64,000 nt of DNA from Chrysomallon squamiferum. Lineage: Eukaryota; Animalia; Mollusca. The translations under genes were made by a program, and so were the position numbers. The notes under the pieces were generated by a model. That model saw only the letters and a program-made list of their open reading frames with translations. It was not told where the DNA came from and did not search any database. Of the stretch, positions 51,090 to 64,000 are shown piece by piece; within the stretch, counting starts at the first letter, position 1, and the number at the start of each line of letters is the position of its first letter. Location: the NCBI GenBank assembly GCA_012295275.1, contig CM022679.1, positions 21,142,001 to 21,206,000 on the forward strand. The letters are read 5' to 3'.

Positions 51090-51700
51090 GTGGAAAACAA
51101 GATGACTGAAATATATTCTAGAGTAGACATTAGAGATCAATGTGAAATTATCAAATTCATTTTAATCTGATGAAAATATTACAACTTAAAAACTTATGAT
51201 ATGTTACATGCACTTTAAACCAAATCAAGATAAAAATTTAAAAGGAATAAATTGACATGCGATTGGATCAAATTTTTAAACACTAGTTTGCATGTGTGAT
51301 TTGCAAGAGAACAAAATGACTGATATACATTCCTGAGCAGATATAGATAAATGGAAAATCAGTGACTTCATTACAATTTAGAAAGAGAAGGATTATGATA
51401 GGTTACATGCCTCTAAAACCAGATGAAGATAAAATCTTAAAATGAATAAACTGACAGGTATCTGGCTGGAATCCAACTTGATAATATCAGGATGTGTGTC
51501 TGTCTGTGTGTGTATGTGTGTGTTGTTTGCAGAAAATAAGACTACTGAAATAAATATTATATTCTAAAGTAGACAGAGATCAAAGGGAAATGAACAAATT
51601 CATTGCAATTTAAAAACTGGAGGATTATGATATGTTAAAACCATAATAAAACAAAATCATGATAAAATCTTTAAGTGAGGATACTCACAGGTGACTGGAA
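51090..51700. repeat. Three diverged tandem copies of a ~200-230 bp unit
   Basis: TTATGATAKGTTA..AAAC..GATAAAA..TGACA-like cores near 51194, 51393 and 51625, each preceded by an ACTGA..TATTC..AGA..TTCATT block near 51100, 51315 and 51540. Confidence 0.75.
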
Positions 51701-51723
51701 CACAACTTTTTAACATTGGGACG

Positions 51724-51754
<31 letters not shown>

Positions 51755-53099
51755 TTTTGCATGGTTTGCAGGGAACTGTTTGTTAAGAACTGTGCAGGAC
51801 CCAAAACAAGCTGGTAATTTACTCACAAGGGTGGACTTGTTGTGTGTTTTGTCGCTTTGTTGTAAAATGTCAGCAAACACGATGCTGAGTTGTGTACACA
51901 AACACACTCTGTTTGGGTGGTCAGTGGCTGCATGTTGAACTTAGTGACAGTGATGTCTTTAAATCCCATCAAAGTTGATTTAAATGAGGGAAGCTGATGG
52001 CACAGGTGGCCATCATTGGTGAAAAATGTGCACAGAGAGAGAGAGTAGTGTCAACATATTTTTGTGATGTTCTTAAGGATTATTATATCACTACGTATTC
52101 TGGACATGAGTTGAAATGTTGCTGTGAATTAGATTTCTTCTTTTTTTCTTCTTCTTCTTTTTTTTTTTTGAGATTATAAATGTTGCTTATTCAAGTTATT
52201 GTAGAATATTTAATTTTAAATCATAGTATATATGTTGTGTGTGTGTGTCCCTCAAAATTAGTAACATTGCTAATATAAATAATTATAATAATATTATATA
52301 TGTAGTAATAGTAGTAATAATAATAATAATAATAAATGAGTTATAATAATATAAAAATAATATAATATTTAAAATTTAATATAATAATTAACAGAAAAAA
52401 AAAAAAAAAAAATTGAAATGCTGATAATAACATGGTGGTGCTTTGGCAGTAGTCCAGTAGTAATAGCAGTAGTACTGGCAGCAGCAGCAGCAGCTATAAT
52501 AGTAATAGTAGTGGTAGCAGTAATAACAATGATAATACAAATGAGATTCCATTAACATTCAAACTAGATAAAAGTAATTTTTCTTCATTCTGTGAATTCC
52601 TAGCTAACATGTCCAGGTAATAACAGTAACGAGATGACATTAAGATCTAAACTAGATGAAAGTATCTTTGTTTCAGAGTGCGAATACCTTGTTAATATGT
52701 CCAGGAAATTAACTGTGGTCACCCAGTGCTGTGTAAATGGTCTTTCTGCTTTGTTTCCTCTCTGATTATTTTCTGCGTCTGCACTAAAAAGTCTTCAGAG
52801 ATTGAGATATCCTTTCAACTCGTATCATTGTCATATACTGAAAGATTTCATTGTTGTTTACGGCATCATTAATTCTTTGTCCTCTGCTTTGTGTTAGCAA
52901 TTATTATGTACTTACATGCAGCTGTGAGATGTATAAATGTGTACATAAAACCCGTTGTAAAAATCTATATAATATGTAGATATGATTATCGTTGTTTGCA
53001 GAGAGTGCAATAAACATGAAGTGTTATAGTCTGGAGTGTATATGTGTTTGCGTATGATATTTTCTGTGGTGCCAATGTTTGCAAATGTTTATATGCACT

Positions 53100-53330
53100 T
53101 ATAGGAGTACTTTGTATGTTTGTACTGTTGATGTACATGCATATGTATGTATTGTATGTTGATATACTTAAATATGTGTGTATTGTATGTTGATATACAC
53201 ACATGCATATTGTTAATATAATAGATACACATATACATGTGTATATTGTATGTTACTACACATATGTGTGTGTATTTTATAGTGGTATACATACATATGT
53301 GTGATATTTTAAGTAGTGGTATATATATAC
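53100..53330. repeat. Degenerate ~30-bp tandem repeat (ATATGTGTGTATTGTATGTTGATATAC-like)
   Basis: Several imperfect copies visible. Confidence 0.65.
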
Positions 53331-53885
53331 ATCTGAATGTGGATCTTTTCCTTCACTAACATATAATATTTGATGTGTTAAAGCATTTTCATCTGTAACT
53401 AATCAATCACTTTGACATGAGAAATTCACTGAGGTATTTTTAAAATTACCTTTTTATGCTTAGCTATGTTTAGCTGCACTACATCCATGAACAAATTAAT
53501 TTTAATTATTAGCAGTTTGTTACATGAAATAATTTGCAATAAATGTATTCAGGATTTCAGGTATTTTATATATTTTTTGTCATTAAGATATGATGGTGCA
53601 GTATGCAATAGTGAAAAATCATGAGTACAGAGAGAAGTTCTAGCCCTGGTGGTACAGATTTGTTAATCAGAATAAAATAGCACTAAACAAGTCTCGAACA
53701 AAAATACATCCATTAATTAATTTTGTTAATTTTCAGTTGACAGTTTTATTTATAGTCTTTTCAGATTTACTACTAATAAAGTATAAATAGGTGATATGAT
53801 GCACAGAGGCTAACATTCCTATTATTTATGTTACATCATATTTTTATATAATTGTAAAAAACATCCCCTAAAGACTGAGGATTTA

Positions 53886-53916
<31 letters not shown>

Positions 53917-55190
53917 ATTTATTAACAACTGACAGAACTGTTTAAAGAAAAAGTTTTTAAAACTTTCTTGCTCGGCCAGCCTGAAAGAGGTCTAGATACT
54001 GTATTTTAATACTTTCTTTTTTAAATATGAAAATAAAAATAAAAGGAATTTATATTCCTATTTGATGTTTCAGTTTTTATTCTCCATTTTTACTGTTTTC
54101 TCTATTTTAGAGTATTGTTATTGCTTTATAGTCTTTATAGCAATTGTCAAACCATAAAATGATAATCAATTTTTATTCTTATCTTTTATTATTATTATTT
54201 TATTATACATATTTGTTTTAGTATGTTTAACATGGAAAGATGCAGGGATAAAAAAAAAAAACAACACAAAACAATGCTATATTTGTTAAGAGAAATCTGT
54301 CTGCTTCTTCAAAAACATGTTGGGTGTTTTTTTTCAACAGTGAATATGCAGGAAAATATGTTCTATTTGTTTGCATTCCTACTTGAGGTGAGAAGAACCT
54401 CAGTATGTGTGTGTAATGTGATTCAACATGGAGAGAAATGTATTGAAGGACTTCTGTGTTTGCCAACATGTTTGAGGACCTCTGTACACAGGGCTACACA
54501 TTTTACACATCTTACGTATCCAGTAGTTTAGAGCCAGTCCTCGACAACAATAAACAAATAAATAAACAACTTCATTTGAATTCAGATCATGCAATTATGA
54601 CACAAGCAAATAAATACTCTTGTATGTATAGTAAATATAATATCAGCTCCACACAGTCATTAGATAAATGGATTAGAATAGGATTTAAACACTTTTCAAA
54701 GTACCTATCACGTATGTACACATGTTAATATTTAGTAATTTATCATTTGTGCTGCAAAAAGGTTAATGATATTTAACTGTGTTTTGTATTTGTGTATAAC
54801 ACTACAAATAATAATAAAAAAAATAAAAATAATAATGTGTATCTAGAGAAGTTTAATAAAAAAGCCAGCAGACACAGTATGAGGGCACACGTGGCCACTG
54901 TAAACAGACAGACAGGCTGGCTGGCTCAATGAGGTATCTTTGGGATGCTTCACTAACTCCTGGATTTGTCCAGATTTTGGTAGATGTGAGAATATTTGTA
55001 TATTTCCCAGATTTAGACCAGACTTTTGAAATTTGAGACCATTAAATGGAGGGTCAAGTGCATTTACTATTATAATTGTAATAAAAATAATAATGAATTA
55101 TATATATATGTATGTATATATATTACTTTTTTGAAAAAGTGTACTGAATAATGAATTAAAAAGGGATATCCACAATCGGGCAAATTCATG

Positions 55191-55221
<31 letters not shown>

Positions 55222-58200
55222 TTAGAAAACATTTCATGAATTCAATACTCTGGTGGCAAACACTAAAGAAATTAGAATTGATATCATTATTTTGTACAAT
55301 TTTTAAATTAAAAAAGAAAGAAAGAAAAAAAAGGTTTTATATGTAGAAAGGGTTAAACACATCCTGAGAATTATTAAGCAGAAATACTTCTCTTTTTTTT
55401 TTCGGTTATGGTTGTTTTTTTTTTTGATTTTTTAACACTTTTCACATAGCTAGTGATTAGAAAATAATGCCTCTCAGGAAAATCATATTGTTTTATTCTT
55501 TAGTTCATTCTCAGGCTAACAAATCCCAATAATTTTCATTGTAATTCCCAGTAATTTACTTCATGATACCAAGCATTACAGAAACAGCACTGAGCAGTGG
55601 TTTCCAGAGTTTTTTCTAACTGTATCCCTTGGAGAAAATTTTTGATTGATGCATAACCCTTTCCATTTACAGTGACAGAGCAACTTCACTATGGTCAGTT
55701 AATAAGCAAGCAAAATGTGACACTGTGTTTTAATTGGATAAAATTCAGATGAGGATGATTATCTTGTGTACCAATACTGTTTTTTCTTTTTGCATCTACT
55801 GTTACAGAATTTTGCTTGCATACCACAGTTGAAACATCTCTAGCATAGAGATTCACTAATTAAACAGTATTATTAATGAATTTGCAAAGTAATTATCAGC
55901 TGCCCTGATTCCTACACTAGTATCATTGTTTTCTGTGCAGTGATTTTCGACTAACTTAATAAACTGCTTATAACAAAAATCAACAACTGTCATTAATGGA
56001 AGTTATTATTTGATTGGATATATCTGTCATTTCATTGCATTATAATAATTGTTTTTGTTGTTTGTCTGTTTTTTTTTTTTTTCTGTGGGGTTTTTGTGTG
56101 TGTATGTTTTTTGTTGACTGTCATATCCATTCAGGATGTACAAAAAAACCCAAAACAAACAACCTTTTATAAATATCTTCCTTATTCAGAAGATATGATA
56201 ATTTTGGATGGTTTATGATAAACAGGGAAACCTCTTCACATTAAGCCAGATATAAAAATGTCAAAAATATTCACGTTGCTGTTTAAAACAGTTTTCCCTC
56301 AAGGAACTGGTATCATCAAAAAGAAATATTTTAATCAACTATAAATAAACTAAATAAAATACATAATACTTTTTTCTTCTTCTTTTTGGCTGTATGTATA
56401 TGTTTGTGTGTGTATGTGTGTACACATAAACAAACCTAGGAGAACAGTTTTATATAAATTGTGTGTCAACCTTCTAGTAAATAAATAAGAATTGTTATCA
56501 TCATATTCTTCTCATTATAATTTTTATAATTGTTGTTGCTGTCATTGCTATTTTAAGATAATTTATTTTGTTCTTATGTGAATGGAAATAGTGATCAGTA
56601 TGGTGTGATAACAGTGTACTATAACTGTTATCTCCTGAGGATTATATAGTTCATTTAAGCTGACATCTGATTAGGAATAAATTATAGTGTACGCTTACAT
56701 GATTAGAATGAATCATATTTAGTAATATTCAAAGGACAGTGACTGGAAGTAGATTTGTGACTATATTGTGATTTTTATGTACTTAAAACAACATGCAGTC
56801 ATAAGATACCCTTTTATGTGAATTTCCCATGTCAAGAATAACAAATAAAACCCACTCTGACACATTCATCTAACATAAGGGGCAATGGATGCAATGGGAG
56901 GTAAATTACCAGGACTGTCAAAAAGAGTTGATCTCATGAACTTTAGTTCAGCTCTGTGCTGCCATCCTGTTTTTCTAGGAATGTTTTGGAAACTGACTTT
57001 GTAAAACGAGCTACTTGTAATGAGTTTACATTTTGACACAGTTTTCACATTCCACTGCTGTCTTTGTGTTGTAAACCATATGCTAAAAGCTGAGATAATT
57101 GTAAGAAAAACACAAAAATAACTTTGTCAAACAGAAGTAGGTCCAACGCCTGTTTTTAACATCAACTGCATGCTGTTTCTGTTCAAAACAGTGTTACACT
57201 GCCACTCATAATAATAATAATAAACTGAACTTTTGTTGTTCAATGGTCGTTAATTCTTTGATTTAATCTGTTTGAAGTAAGAATGGGCTGAAATCACATG
57301 GATAAGACAGTAACAAAAATAAAATAATATAATTTATAAAATTGTCCAAAAACCCTCTTCCAGAAATTATTTTAATGTGTTGTTTCCTTAAGATTATGTG
57401 TATCATCAATGAAATCCATAATTTGTGAATTTTTACACATTTGTCATCTGGTTGATGAAATTTACCTAAATTCGTATGTTTATGGCCATCCATCCATCTA
57501 TCTACCTATTTGTCCATATAAACTTAAATATTAATAAATATCATCAGCTACACAAGCAAAAGTTTATTCAGGACTATAAAAGAGTTCACTGATGAAGTAT
57601 GGTATTTTTATGGAAACTCCAGAGATCTGTGTCAGACAACAGTATGCTGATCTCAGCTGGTTTTCAGGTTAATCCTGTAGTTTTCTTAACCACAGCAATC
57701 CTGTGGTTAGTGCAAGAACTATCTCCAGTCATTACTCAGAATGAGGCAAATCTGATGAACTGGCGAAGTACAACAGAGAGCATATTGTACTAATTGTTTT
57801 GAACTCTTTCACTAGAAAACGTGGTGTGGCCATGAAAGATGTGCTTCAAGCTTAACTAAATATAAGCACAGAGTCATATGACGGATTGTTTCACTGAAAT
57901 CTAAAAAGTTGTGTGACGTCAGTTTTGTTTCTTTTCTGAATCAATATAATGGGTTGTATTGTCATCTGGAATTTTGAAAAGCTGCTTATTATCTTGAGAA
58001 AGCCTTTCATTACATTCACAAACATAAACACAGCTACTAAGCCTGCACAGATTGTGTTTTGAGTTATTATATCATTACAATAAGATAATTATCATGTGGG
58101 ATAAGCATTGATTTACTTGGCATTCAGAACTGTTATAGTTCATTTGACACTTTATTTGTATTTGTTGTTGTATGCCATAAATGTCATCTTAGTCTGATTT

Positions 58201-58631
58201 TTTTTCTTCTTCTCATTGTCTGTTTAATTACTTAAGAAACATGATAAAGAAAAAGTTTTTTTCCATTGGAATTAGTCAATGAATGCTGAGAATTCTTAGA
58301 AAAAAAAAATGTTGTTTGGATTTGTTTTTTACTTTTTTTTACTTTTTTTTTTATTGCAGTTTTGTTGTGGGGTGTGTGTTATTTGTTTTCTTTTGATGTT
58401 TAAAACTGAATGTGTAATTGGTGGAATAATATTTATGCTTCTTTTGGAACAGTTTAAAAGTTTTCTTTTAAAATTTCAGTCTAATTTTGATTGTGCAGTT
58501 GACAGATTACAGAAAATTGTGCAGTTGACAGCTTACAGAAAACAGTGAAAGTATGAATGAGGATAAAAGGGAGCAAGAAAAAGCAATTGAAGGGCACATT
58601 GGGGAAACTGAGAAAGAGAAAGACTGACAGA

Positions 58632-58764
<133 letters not shown>

Positions 58765-60853
58765 TAATTCATAGTAAATAGTTATAGATCTTGTTGCCTC
58801 TTGGATTTTTTTTTTCTCTAGTTCACATATGGGCTACAGCAGGATCACACTTTTCTCACCATGTGGAGATAATTAGAAGGTTTTAGACAAAATCCTTTAT
58901 CAACTTCTGTCTAAGATTTCTGTTTTACTCTGTACCAGGTCACTGAAACCAAATATGAATCATTCATATTTTGCTGCAAAAAGAAAAAAAAAAAGAAAAA
59001 GAAGAAGAAAAAAGTTAATAATTTTCCCACGCTTCCATGATAGTGATAGATAAAGAATATATATATTTTAAAACATAGCCTTTACTCAGTAGTTAAATTG
59101 GATATCCTGGAGGTTTTTTTTTGTTTTTTTTTTGTTGTGGTATTTAATATTTTTAACACATTTTGTCACAGTAAAACTTGTACCTTATTTACATTATTTG
59201 TAATGGAATATTTCTAAACACATGATAATGACTACAAAAAATTTGTTATGATTTTTTTATTTGAATTGACAGTCTAACACAGTTAAATTACTGGATATCA
59301 TGTTATTGTTTATGTTTCTTATCTAGTGTATAATTTGTTTCATATATTTTGTGCAAAATAAAACCTGTTTCATTTGTAAAAGAACTCTCACTTAGGCCAA
59401 ATCTTAAAGGTACAACAGTATTATTTGTATCTTACAGCTTAATGTTATCAAATGTTCTTTTGTACTTGATAAATAGAAATGACAAAACTGATAACTGTCC
59501 CGTTATCATATAGTGAGTGACCAAGTACAAAATGGGTCATAACCTGAATGGGTTAATGAAATCTGAATACTGAAAAGGTATATTAATATTGATTCTGTGG
59601 CTGTTTTGATAAATAATCATTTTGATACAAGTTCATTACTGACCTGTCATTGATATTAGTGAGTTAATAGAGTCATTCTTTGTGTCCATAATTATTACTT
59701 TATTATTATGAAATGATCAGTTGTATTACCTTTTCAGCATGTTTGCCATCATGAAATAAAGCTTATTGTTTTGAGGTTTTTTGTGTTTGTTAAGAGGTTG
59801 GAGTCAGTCAGTGTAGGAGATTATCATCTTTACAATATATAAGGTTCACAATGTATCTGTATTTCTTTAATATTACCTTTTATTCATTATTCTTCTAATA
59901 ACAGTATTAAATAACTAAATATTGTATCAGTGGTTTTGTTTTTCTTTAGTTCTCAAAAATCTCAAATATATTCCAAATACATTCATGGATTTTATGATTT
60001 TTATATACGTATAATAATTTAATGATTTTTTTTATTCTTTATTTCCTGAATGTGTCAAATATTTCAAATACAATAATAGATGTTATGATTATATTCTAAA
60101 AACTGAAAAATCATTCCAAATATTCTTACAGCTAATGATTTTTTTTGGTTCTTTAATTCTTAAAAACTTCAAAGATTTTGAATACAGTGATTACAAACCA
60201 TTTGTTGCTAATATTGAAAAAAAAAAATTCTTTAATTTATTGCAATTTCATCACTTCATGTCATTTTCATACAGTATCTACAAAGTATCTTTCCCATTTA
60301 ATTCTGTGTAATAGGGTATGTTAAAAAGTAAATAGTTTAATAAATAGTTAAATAATCTTTAAATACTGTGATATAATTCTTTTTTATTACATGCAAAATG
60401 ATAATTTAAACTTTTTAATATATCTCAAAGTATTTTTTTTTTTTTTTTTGTTAACAGACATTTTTTTAAATTATTAATATATACAAAATGATGCACTTTT
60501 ATTTTTTAATATATTCAAAGTGGATTATATATTTAAATATTTTTAACCTGCATAAAATATATTCAAATGTTTTACAAATCTTCAGTCTGCAATTTGCAAA
60601 TGTCAGACTTGAAAAATATCCATAGTTAAGAACTGACCTCTGTAAAGTGTGTTAGATTAAAAATGTACAAACTGGTAGGTAGTTTGTCTATTATTAGTTT
60701 TGGTTTAGTTCAAGGAAAGGCTTGAAGCCTTTCCAGTGAGTTAACAGCAAGTGAAGGTGATTGTGTAGATGATTTTGTTGTAAGTAAGGCTTTGCTGAAG
60801 GGTGGATTTATGCAATATTAAAGTGGAAAGCAAAATAGTAAATATATATTCAT

Positions 60854-61066
<213 letters not shown>

Positions 61067-62716
61067 ATTCCAAATCAATTTATGTTATAATTTTAAAGTA
61101 ATCATACTATACTGTGATTTATAAATGTATCATTCTTAAAATGATGGCTTGTTTAAATGTGTAACTAAAACAGGATCAGAAAACTTCTTTCAAAAAAAAA
61201 AAAACAAAAACAGAAATAAATAAAATAATCAGGTCATATGTTATAATTCTCAGAAATGAAGAGTGAACCACTAATGGTATTAGTCACGGTTCAGATAAGT
61301 GTATGTGTATATAGCCCATTAAAACTTTTCATCACGTTTACTACTTGAATGCTATTAAAAAGTCATTAATGATCTTTCTCAGTGTTTGTAAGTAGTGACT
61401 TAACATAGCTGTCACGTTGAGCATGCCAACTGGATCTGCAGGCAAGTTTTCACTTGGTTAGTTCGTGGGATATACATATAATTGGGCTTACCCCCGTTTC
61501 TGTGATCCTGTGTTTTCAGCTAGAAATGTGACCACGGAGCAGTCCACTGTGAAAGGGGTGATGGTCTGTGGACACACACACACATCTTGATCAATACCAG
61601 CATTTCAGTTAGATTGTCTTGCTCTGTCTGTGTAGGTCATAACTGTCAGGCTGCTGAAAATTGGATGTATTTACTGTTAATCCATGTAAATAAAATTTAA
61701 AAAAAATCAACAACAACAAAGAAAATGAATAGTGTATATTAGTGGAGTTCTAGTGCACCTATTCTGGGTTTTTTTTATCATTACACATACAATACTACAT
61801 GTATGTGCCTGCCGTTTGAGAGTTCTCAGATCACAGTTTACTACAGACAACATAAAAAAGTGTAAGCATTCCATCACAGATCTTTCTGAAGCATTCAGAT
61901 GGAAATACTTTCTTGAGGTATCAGAGGGAGAGCTTCATTTCCATTGTGTTATAATCTTTTCACTGTGTTTTGTATTTAAGTGAGTGTCTGGCGTGTTCTT
62001 GCTGCAGTATGTTACAAACTCTCCAGCTGGCTGATTCTAAACGACTGGGCTGAACAATGCCAGCGAGTATTCTGCAGCTATTTGATCCATGTCATCTTTG
62101 TATGGACATCCTTGGATGACTGGCTCTCGTGTAAGGTGCTGTTGTTGAAAAAGATAAAAAAAAATAACACGTTCTTGGGCTAGAAGACGTTCACGTATGT
62201 AACTATAAAAAGATTTCTTTATACAGCACAGATAAAAGAAAATGGTAAAAGCAACTCACGACACTGCTGTTTTGTCATGAAGTGACTTTGTGTAGGTTAC
62301 GAAATGTAAATATTGTGATCGGGATTACTAGGTTTCTCTACATAATAATCACAGAATATTAATGTTAGCGGTTTGGGTCATCTGTGTTACCTAAGACGAC
62401 GTACAACATCACACCTGTCAATGTCAAAGGCTTCTTAAACAGTTTGTTGTGGAACAGATCTGTCATAGTGTTTCCTGGTAGCTTATACAGTGGTAAGTAT
62501 TTAGTAACAGTGTAACAGAAAAATATGTGTAGATGTCATACTTCTCATTATATTTCTTTATTCTTTAGTCTTGACCCTCTTTTTCTTTCATTTTTCACAT
62601 AAAACAGATGATAAAATCATCTGGCATGAGGAAGTGAAAATGTAATAAAATGCTTGAATAATAATCATAGAGATAATATCTTTATTATTTACTTTCACTT
62701 ACTACTTTAAAAAAAA

Positions 62717-62749
<33 letters not shown>

Positions 62750-64000
62750 TAATAATAATAATAATAAACAACATAGTTATGTTTCTTAATGATCTTTGCA
62801 CTTTTAGCAAAATGTCTTCTTCTGAATCATTCCCAGAAAATAACCTCCCCCCTCCTGTTCTTATCCACTAACATCACTGCAGACAATGGCCATTTCAGAT
62901 GTGTCTGATTCCTATGGAATGCTCTCTCTGTCTTTTAAACACATTAATTTTTCACTAATATTGATTTTAGTTTGAAATACTTCACCCCGGACGAAGACCA
63001 TCTTTGTTAATCTAAAAGCTGTTAGCATTTCGCATGCCACGAACGTCTTGATTTCTTCTCAAGGGATTTTCTGTTTTTGGAATCCCTAGAATGGACCAGA
63101 ATAAATGTGTTTGGCTAAAGGATTTGTAATTTGAAACCTAATGCATGCAATTGTGGATTGCATATTCATTGGTGTGTTCTGTTATTTTTACTTTCTTTTC
63201 TTTTCATTTTTTTTTTTTCTTCTTTTATTTTTTTTTGTCTTGAAAATGAATGCAGAAAATATGCTGCAGTAAAATTTCTTGAGAAATTATAAAGCCATGA
63301 TGTACCTGAAATTATTTGCTAATAAGAGTTAATTCTTAATTTATTTAAACAAGTGAAATTAAAATCTCATTCTGATCTTCATAATTAGTTTCATCCTAGG
63401 TTGTGATATTGAAAAAATAAAAAATAAAAAATGCCAATTATCAATGAACCTCAAGAATTACAGAGGGTTTTTTTTTTTTTTTTTTGTATTTGTGTATGTG
63501 TCTGATCTCCTTTTAATAATAATTTTAAATTACTGAATAAATCCTGATCATTTTATTTTTGTTTTTTTAATTTTAAAATGAAAGTGAAGATGATATCTAG
63601 CATACTTCATATTTAAGCACACACACAAACACACATGCACACACACACACACACATTTACATATAGTTATTTGCTGCAATAGTAATACAAAGCAAATCAT
63701 CACGAATGAGAAAAATGCTGCTGTTTATGAAGAGGTGATAAACTGATTGATTTGAAATTGGTATGTTGACTTCAGGTGTGAAAATCTGACATACTTCACT
63801 GACAAATGTTCTGATTGATTGAACAAAGTCTGCTACATGCAGCAAAGTAAACATCCTGTGTTTGGTATGCAGGGAATACCAGCCATGGTACATCTTTGAT
63901 TTCAGTACTGATTACCTGCTCTAAGGAGGCTAAGGTGTATGTTCCGATCACTGTTATTGAGGTGATACCCTTTAATGCTGGAACTGATCTCTAAACCAGA

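Noticed and set aside
54223-54728. Cluster of 64-102 aa ORFs in the RAPGEF intron
   Set aside because: No recognisable domain, no match to the expected next RAPGEF exon and no coherent splice pattern.
58491-58542. 26-bp tandem duplication (TTGTGCAGTTGACAG.TTACAGAAAA x2), superficially CRISPR-like
   Set aside because: Only two adjacent copies, no spacers, eukaryotic context; a simple slippage duplication.

Overview
AT-rich, microsatellite-rich, intron-dense animal genomic DNA. An invertebrate (probably mollusc-like) origin is my inference only. I reconstructed four protein-coding genes exon by exon by reading splice sites and frames. (1) The 3' half of a FRAS1 orthologue (+, 267-24285: CSPG repeats, five Calx-beta domains, TM helix, C-terminal GTEV). 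(2) A complete LARP7 (-, 28250-35132), tail-to-tail with FRAS1. (3) A complete ankyrin-repeat DHHC palmitoyltransferase (+, 35801-41155), head-to-head with LARP7 across a compact bidirectional promoter. (4) The 5' end of a RAPGEF2/6-like PDZ-GEF (+, CDS from 44438), followed by a >16 kb intron running off the window. Most ORF-track entries are microsatellite translations or exon read-through. Most notable observations: one frameshifted, stop-containing phase 1-1 exon in an otherwise intact FRAS1; a U12-type intron whose branch point and acceptor are duplicated; a GC-AG intron; repeated local duplication of exon end plus splice donor into the downstream intron (five FRAS1 introns); and a candidate 3-exon divergent transcript encoding a 53-aa ORF upstream of RAPGEF. 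Gene identities rest on recalled similarity to vertebrate proteins; no database search was run. I found no evidence for a wholly new multi-gene system.
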